This document shows positions 57,701 through 64,000 of a DNA stretch of 64,000 nucleotides, in pieces. Source of the DNA: Camelus dromedarius (taxonomy: Eukaryota); the NCBI RefSeq assembly GCF_036321535.1, contig NC_087436.1:121150001-121214000 (forward strand), in the 5' to 3' direction. The position numbers and the translations under genes are program-made. Each line of letters begins with the position of its first letter. The first letter of the stretch is position 1. Below the pieces are notes generated by a model. The model did no database searches. It was given only the letters and a program-made list of their open reading frames with translations, and was not told the origin of the DNA.

Positions 57701-60700
57701 CAGCTGCACGGAACAGCCCTACCGGCCCAGGGCGAGAGAAGGCTCCCCAGCCGTCCACTGCTCGTCCGCAGAGGGCCCCACACAGCACGACCCACCCCCC
57801 ACCCCCCAGATGGCCTCCGGCAGGCGCACTGCTCAGAGGAGGAGCGCAGAGTCCGGCCCAGCAGATTTACTAAAACAAACAGACTAGCCGGTCCTCCCAT
57901 CCCATCGGCAGGCTCTCCCATGGGCAGGACCCCGGGCAGGAGAGGCCCAGGTCTACGCAGCCTTACCTTGTCTCCGCCCACCAGGAAGAGGTCCACAGCG
58001 GCCCCGTTGATTCCCTGTCGCTCGCAGAGCCCGGACAGGACCTCTTTGATGGAGAGCCCTGCCCTGATGGGCACCATGCAAGACGTCCCATCGGGCAGCT
58101 GGATGCTGCAGTGCTTGGTGGCCTTGTCCCTCTCGGGCCCCAGGGTCCTGCAGGCCTCTGGCTGGGGGGCAGGGAGAGAGGTGGCGGGTGCAGGGTCAGA
58201 AGAAATGAAGTGCCAAGGCGCCTGGGGAGGCTATGGTAGCTTCCAGACACCTGGGGAGGCCCCCAGTGTGCCTCCCCGTCCACACCCACACCCGGCTCTG
58301 GGAATTCAGAATCCCGTGGAGCTTCTGGGTTAACACCAGGGACAGCAATTCCCTCTCTCTCTCAACTCCAGGCCCATACTTACAGTTTCTCTCTCCAGTC
58401 TCTTGGTCTAAACACTAAGGGCTGCACTTAACCGGCTTCCCTGCTCAGAACAGGGAGGGCCCCTCACACTGCTGTTCTCAGGTCTGGTCTCGGCCTCCCT
58501 GACGCACAAGCACGTGGAGTCACCCTGTGGAGCCCACTGAGGCCACACGGTCACCGTGGGCTGCCTCCGCCCACCTCTCAGTCTGTGGGGCCAGGCACCC
58601 AGGAGGCAGGCTGGACCGCACCCTGAGGGCCTGAGGCCCACCCTCTGCTGCTTCTGGTCATCTTTCTGGATCCTTCTGTCTGACCTCTTGGGACCGGAGG
58701 CCTTCCCAAGAAGGATGGTCAGCCTGAGGGAGGGGCTGGGAGAGGGGAGATGCGGCCCTCAGAGGCTCAGAGGCAGGAACACACCTGCAGGATGGGGAGC
58801 AGATGAGGCGGGAGAGGCAGCTGTTCGGGAGCACCAGGGACCAAGCCTTGCCAGACAGCAGCACCTGTGACCTGACTGTCTGCATTGCTGGTGGACTGAG
58901 TCAGGGGCTGGAGGACAGCTCCTAAGGCACCTCCCCAGCCTCACCCCAGGCAGGGCTCCAGGTGGGCAGGAGCTGGACCGCGGGGCCAGCCCGTGGCCGC
59001 ACTCCCTATGCAAACCTTTGGGTCTCTCCCGATGCCTCCTCTGGGTCTCGAGTTACAGCATCCTTTCCCCGCTAGAAATAGCTCCCTGCCACATCCTGCT
59101 GACATACAGCTTGCCCTGGCTGTCACTTCCTATGGTCTGAAAATCTTTCACCCAAATGGTACTTTGGAAAACTAGTCTGTGGTGGTAGATTCACTGCAAA
59201 ATGGCCCCAAATCTCCTCTTTCCACAGACGCAAGTACAGTCATAAATGTTCTTTGTTTTTAGCCGCTGAGCTTTGGGGTAGTTTGTTAGGCAGCAGTAGC
59301 TAACTGACACATGGTAAGCTCGTCCAGCCTTAACTGTTATTTGGGGAAATAATATTCCACATTAATTACTGCTTGGCAATTTCCAGTGACCAGGATGCTG
59401 GCGGCAGTAAGGTTTTCCAAAATTGGTATCAGACAACAGCTAACCAGCTAGCCGGTCAGCCCAACGTCTCCCCACTTCCTCCACCTAGTTAGAAATTGGG
59501 ACCAGACGAGCAGTTTAGAAGGGTGCGAGGAGAGGGCACAGGGCAGGCCAGGATCTGGGCTCCCCCACAGGCAGGGGCCAGGCTGGGGGAGGACTCGCAG
59601 AAGCAGACCCTGGGGCGTCGAGCTGATGGGTGTTCAAATGCTGAGACAAAGATGGAGCACCTGCTGGCTCCTGGTGGGCGTCCAAAGAGACAGCGACTGA
59701 ATGAGAACAAAAGATCTCAAAAATAGCCCCAGAAGTATTTTTAGGACTCAGGGGGCACCCCTTCCCATCTATCAAACGGCTCCTCTCGGATCCCACGAAC
59801 CCCAGTAGGGAAGAGCCTGGGTGGAGCCCCAGACCCCACATTCGTGAGGGACACGGCTCTCGTGCCCAGAGGCTGGCGGGCCCAGTGAATCAGCTGTGGC
59901 CTCAGGGACTCACCAGGTCCAGGCTCCCGGCAGAGGACACGGAGCCCTGTGACTCCCTGCGGCCCAGGCCTCCATTGGCGTGCAGGGGGTCTAGAAGGGG
60001 AAAGGGTCGTTCAGAAGGGCGAACAGCACCCACTTCACCTGTGCTCACTTAACACAAAAACCCATGCATGTGGTCACGGCTCCCAACCCCCACCCCATCA
60101 GGCTGAGCACACTTACACAGAGGACAGAAGCCAGGCTTGGAAAGGCCCCTGCACGGCCTCACCTCCCAGACCCACCACTTGGCCCACAGCTGGAGTCAGG
60201 GGGCTGGGAGCGCCGCCCAAACCTGCTGTCCGCTCGGCCCACAGCCGCAGCAGCTCAAAACACGAGTGGGTGCTCTGGTGCAGGGCCGCCCTGCACTTCA
60301 CTTCATCTGGAATTGTTATCTCAGCACATGGCTTCTGGGCCCAAGAGGAGGGCAGTAAACAGGACAGCGGCCACAGCACCGCTATCTGCAGCTCATTTCC
60401 CATCTCCCACGAGTGCAAAGTGAGCCCACAGTCACTGCGTCCCTTGTCACCAGGTGTTCCCATTGCAATCCCAACATCACGACAACTCTGCTCCAGCAGG
60501 GCCCACCCGCCAGTCACGCTGCTGTGCAGGGGGCCTGGGGGCCACGCGGGGGGGCCTGATTAGACGGCAGCTCCCAGGTCCCACTGACCCTCCAAACTTC
60601 CAGCCCATCTTTCAAAAGCAACAGATGGCCAGGCGACCAGGTCAGAAATCCTGGGGAGTGCCCTGGAGTCAGGATTTAAAGCCCTTTCCAGACAGTCTCT

Positions 60701-63325
60701 AAAGATCTGCTACGTATGGGGACCCCAGCCTCCTGGGGCCCTGCTCAGGGGCACAGACATAAAGAGGCAGTTGCTCCCCTGTCTCCTGGTCCTCGGGGGG
60801 GTCCCTGGTCCCTATGCCCCGCTCCCGTCCCCCAGTCCTGCCTGCCTTCCCTGTGGAAGAACACCTGCACTGACAGCCCACAGCATGACCCCGGAGCGGG
60901 AGGGCACCGGCACCAAGCCCCCAGCCTTGAGCCGCCTTCTGTAAGATGGGCACGAGCCCTACCGTGCAGTCTGCTCCCAGGGGGAGAGGAGGTATAAACT
61001 CTACAAACCGCCACCTCCCACCTCCTCCTCAGGCCTCCTGTCCGAGACCCTTCGATAAACCGCCCGGTTTAAACCTGGCGGCCCAGGCCTGGAGGCTGCA
61101 GGTTACTCCTTGGGAAATAATCACCCTCTTGAATCTCTAGGGAAGAAGCTCTTTCCAGCTGCTGCCCCCCACTTAGGCTTCCCGCGCCTGCAGTGAGTGC
61201 CGCCACCTCTCTCTGCCCACCCCTTCCCTGCGCCAGCCCAGCCAGCGTCTGCAACCAGCAAAGGGCCCCCGAGGCCCCTCCCCGGGCTGGGGCTGAGCCC
61301 GCGCCTCGCACCGCCTTCTCGGCCACACACACGAAGGACACCAAGGGAGGAGACCTCCAGCACGGCCACCTCCAGGCTCGCAGGAAAGAGTGTGATTTGG
61401 GGACGCTCGACGCTCAAACTACCATATCACATTGTCTTTACAGACTTAAAAAGGCTCGTGCACCCCTGCACGTGGCAGAAAAACAAGAAAAAACCCCAAA
61501 GACTTCGGCAGGCAAGAAGCTGTCTGGGTGGACAGAGGGCAGGACTCCGCATTTTCTTCTTTTTACCTGGTTGTGTTTCCCAGATTTTCTGCCCAGAGCG
61601 CCTATTACTGCTGGAGCAGGAGTGGGGGAGAGCGGCCGCCACTGGGGGCCCCCGGGCGCCCAGGCCTGGGGCTGGGACGCACCACGCCCTGCTTCCCGGC
61701 CGTCCTGCCCCACAGGCCACCGAAGAGGCACGAGCCGCCCTGGGGGCGCGGCCCACACCCCCTCACTCGTCCCCGCGACAGCCTCACCCCGACCCCGCCT
61801 GCACACCACAAACCACCAACCGTTTGGACGGTCGCTGTGGTCCTTCTTCTTCTGGGAGCGCCCAGTGCTCCTGGTCCTGGACCAAGAGAAAAACGCGCCT
61901 TTCCGCTTCTTCTCACTGTCCTCGTCCCCCAGCTCCTCATTCAGGGAGCGTCCTGATTTTGATTTTCCACTCAGCTGCCATCAAACGGAAAACACGGTTA
62001 ATTTACCACCACCCTGGATGAGAAAGGAGGCCGGAGGGGGCTGCCTAGGCCCGTTCTCCACGGGAGGGGTCAGGCCTTCGAGGCCAGAGATGCAGCCCCA
62101 ACGGCCCCCCCAAGACAGCAGCTGCAGCCTCCCACCCAGACTGGAGCCTCAGACAAGATGCATCTGAAGGTCCAAGCCCAAGAGGTCCGTCACTCCCCGT
62201 GAGTTAAGGGATAAACCAGCATGGCATCTGCTGTCCCTTTCCCAGAACAGCCCTCATCGGGTGAGACCAGCGCGACGGAGCGGGGCACCTTCTTTGGCGT
62301 GGACACGTTTGAATGGTCCGAGCCGACGCTGTGCTTGGAGGCAGGGCTGCTGGGGACCTGCTGTGCGTCGGGCAGCGAGCGGCCCTCCACCTCGGCCAGG
62401 ATGCACTCTTGGTACAGCTGGGACTTCAGGAAGCGCGTGTAGCTGTCGAACTTCATCAGGTTGAAGATCTGCGGGAAAAACGCAGCTGCGGTCCAGGGTC
62501 CAGTCCCAGACGGGGCCAGACACCCAGCCCGTGGTGCAGAGTCACACGGGGCCCGCACACGCCAGCCGGGCCCATTCTGAAAGCCCACTCTCTCCCCAGA
62601 GTTATTTTCCGGGGTCCTTTATGTCTGGTTTCTTTCCCATAATACACCAGCCCTGATTTATCACGCTTACAATCAGCCAATTCCAACAGCCTGTCAAAGC
62701 CAGCATCGCGGGTGGGCTCAGCACAACTAGCGGCCATACTGGGGCATCTTAACTTCCTTAAATCAGAATGAAACCAAAAGCAACTGGAAACCTAAAGGAA
62801 GTGAGAACTGCCCTGAAAATACTGTTTTGTTTTGTTTTGTTTTGTTTTGTTTTGTCTTAATTATTAACAGTACTCATATGACTCGGCAACAGAAGTAACC
62901 TCTGGTAAAAATCATTAGGGCCCATGCACGCTTTTTATCACAGAGATGTCCTAAAGCTGAAAAAAAAATCCAACCATCTGTCTTCCTCTACAGACGCCAC
63001 TGCCCACAAACCTGCGACCTCACACACAGGCACTTGGAGAAGTGTCACCAGACAGGGACCTCCTGCTTCACGGCCTGACTGAACCCTGGCTCTGGGACGG
63101 AAGCCCACTCTCCTGTCAGCCTGGCGCCCGCGGGGGGGCTTCTCTCTGGGACCCGAGTCCCCTCCCCGCCCCGGGAGTCACCTGAAGCTGCTGCTCCTTG
63201 AACATGTCGGGGTGGGGGGCACGGAGGATGTCGTCCGCCAGCTGGGCCTGGCTGTCGATGTTGACCGGAGTGGTCGCTTTGCTGCTCAGAAACTTACTGA
63301 AGATCTCACGGGCCCTGTAGGAGAG
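42554..63325 (-). CDS. RGS12: Regulator of G-protein signalling 12, 3' part (12 exons, 655 codons plus stop); 5' exons lie beyond the window end
   Basis: RGS domain C-terminus ([16 protein letters not shown]), two Ras-binding domains, GoLoco motif [18 protein letters not shown] and C-terminal HHATFV; all junctions in phase. Confidence 0.96.
45488..45669. repeat. Local duplication, inverted relative to 47405-47584
   Basis: Manual alignment: about 15 substitutions plus one 2-nt indel over ~182 nt. Confidence 0.9.
45671..45787. repeat. Local direct duplication of 43056-43172
   Basis: Manual ungapped alignment: 14 mismatches in 117 nt. Confidence 0.9.
49769..49774 (-). terminator. RGS12: Candidate intronic polyadenylation signal for the short RGS12 isoform (distal)
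   Basis: AATAAA in an AT-rich island with U-rich downstream sequence, about 1.2 kb past the read-through stop. Confidence 0.6.
50888..50893 (-). terminator. RGS12: Candidate proximal polyadenylation signal for the short RGS12 isoform
   Basis: AATAAA about 70 nt past the read-through TGA; the downstream element is weak. Confidence 0.35.
51000..51458 (-). CDS. RGS12: RGS12 penultimate exon (GoLoco motif plus Pro-rich region); reads through to TGA at 50965 in the short isoform
   Basis: Acceptor CTGTAG|AG; donor CCAG|GTACC; 459 nt. Confidence 0.9.
52841..52994 (-). CDS. RGS12: RGS12 exon ([19 protein letters not shown]...KINLDEAE)
   Basis: Acceptor ACGCAG|GGA; donor G|GTAGG; 154 nt. Confidence 0.92.
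53383..53462 (-). CDS. RGS12: RGS12 exon ([27 protein letters not shown])
   Basis: Acceptor GTTCAG|TG; donor ACG|GTAACT; 80 nt. Confidence 0.88.
55000..55096 (-). CDS. RGS12: RGS12 exon ([32 protein letters not shown])
   Basis: Acceptor CTCTAG|AAT; donor G|GTGAG; 97 nt. Confidence 0.92.
56986..57112 (-). CDS. RGS12: RGS12 exon (RBD2, [26 protein letters not shown]...VARL)
   Basis: Acceptor CACCAG|G; donor CTG|GTGAGT; 127 nt. Confidence 0.92.
57549..57622 (-). CDS. RGS12: RGS12 exon ([25 protein letters not shown])
   Basis: Less common AAG acceptor (CCCAAAG|CCT); donor CG|GTAAG; 74 nt. Confidence 0.9.
57967..58161 (-). CDS. RGS12: RGS12 exon (RBD1, PEACRTLG...DLFLVGGDK)
   Basis: Acceptor CCCCAG|CCA; donor AAG|GTAAGG; 195 nt. 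Confidence 0.92.
59178..59311 (+). mobile_element. Internally deleted MLT1 LTR (5' and 3' ends joined)
   Basis: tgtggtggtagattcactgcaaaatggcc start joined to ttagccgctgagctttggggtagtttgttaggcagcagtagctaactgacaca end. Confidence 0.6.
59914..59990 (-). CDS. RGS12: RGS12 exon ([26 protein letters not shown])
   Basis: Acceptor TTCTAG|AC; donor CTG|GTGAGT; 77 nt. Confidence 0.9.
61821..61974 (-). CDS. RGS12: RGS12 exon ([33 protein letters not shown]...)
   Basis: Acceptor TGGCAG|CTG; donor G|GTTGG; 154 nt. Confidence 0.9.
62289..62468 (-). CDS. RGS12: RGS12 exon (end of RGS domain, [10 protein letters not shown]...STPKK)
   Basis: Acceptor CCGCAG|ATC; donor AAG|GTGCCC; 180 nt. Confidence 0.93.
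62824..62855. repeat. (GTTTT)6 microsatellite
   Basis: Read directly from the sequence. Confidence 0.9.
63182..63325 (-). CDS. RGS12: RGS12 exon (RGS domain, [13 protein letters not shown]...DMFKEQQLQ)
   Basis: Acceptor CGGCAG|CTC; donor CAG|GTGAC; 144 nt. Confidence 0.93.
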
Positions 63326-64000
63326 CTGCCGGGACACGTGTATGAGCGGACACACAGACCACAAACAGCACGTGTGTTCTGCCTGTTTCACGGCTGTACT
63401 CCAAATGCCCGGCACAGCTCCAGGCACTGGAGGTACATTCTCTTGGGGCCCAATAGATACTTCCTGCTGGAGTTACAGATAAAAGTTCCAGCCAGTATGA
63501 AACTCTTCAATAAATCAGCTCCCCTCCCAATTTTCTCAAAGGGCAATCTGAACGTCCCAAAGGCCCGGCCGTGCTGCAGCAGGGGGCAGCAGGGGTGGTG
63601 CGGCGGGGTGGGGGTGGGGGGCGAGGTCGGGGCGGCACTGAGTGTGGCGAGGAGACAAGATGCCTCCTCTGAGGGGACCACAGGCCGCACGGCCTCCAGC
63701 CAGGGCTCGCCGTCACCCGGGGCCGCGAGGGCGAGCGGGGCGGACGGGTATTCTCAGGGCGCTCTTCCACCCAGAATCTGCTCCTGCACCCCCTCAGCAC
63801 GCTGAGCAGCAGCACGTCTGCTGATGAAGGCTCTACGGCCGAAGGCATTTCTGCAAGTTCTGTTCAGGCAAAGTTAAATACCATATATATTAAGAAACTT
63901 AGTCTGAAAAAGAAACTTTTTCATGGTGTGAAGATACTTTTACGTGGACTTTTCAAAGTGCGCTGGGTGTGAAGCTGTGATGGAGTCACCCTGCCCTCGG

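Noticed and set aside
1..64000. CRISPR arrays, tRNA/rRNA/snoRNA genes, intact transposases, retroviral or horizontally acquired genes
   Set aside because: I saw no regularly spaced repeats, RNA-gene signatures or transposase/RT ORFs; small structured RNAs cannot be fully excluded without an Rfam/Infernal search

Overview
This is GC-rich placental-mammal genomic DNA carrying the conserved RGS12-HGFAC-DOK7 block, with all three genes on the minus strand. I saw no Alu, B1/B2, Bov or Can SINEs, so it is probably not primate, rodent, ruminant or carnivore DNA. I resolved exons by hand from GT/AG boundaries and reading phase. They give the last 12 coding exons of RGS12 (RGS C-terminus, two RBDs, GoLoco motif, alternative C-termini; the 5' part lies beyond 64000), a complete 14-exon HGFAC (656 aa) and a complete 7-exon DOK7 (503 aa). 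Introns hold only old repeats (L1M, L2, MIR, MLT1/MaLR LTRs, hAT fossils) and simple repeats. I found no prokaryotic-type system, no RNA gene and no credible new protein-coding gene; the many ORF-track entries are GC-rich noise. The most unusual unexplained structure is a ~300 bp mosaic in the last RGS12 intron, made of an inverted copy and a direct copy of nearby intronic sequence. Also notable are an out-of-frame upstream ATG overlapping the DOK7 start, a promoter-like CpG island inside HGFAC intron 10, and an apparently shortened RGS12 GoLoco exon. Comparisons to human are from memory and need checking.
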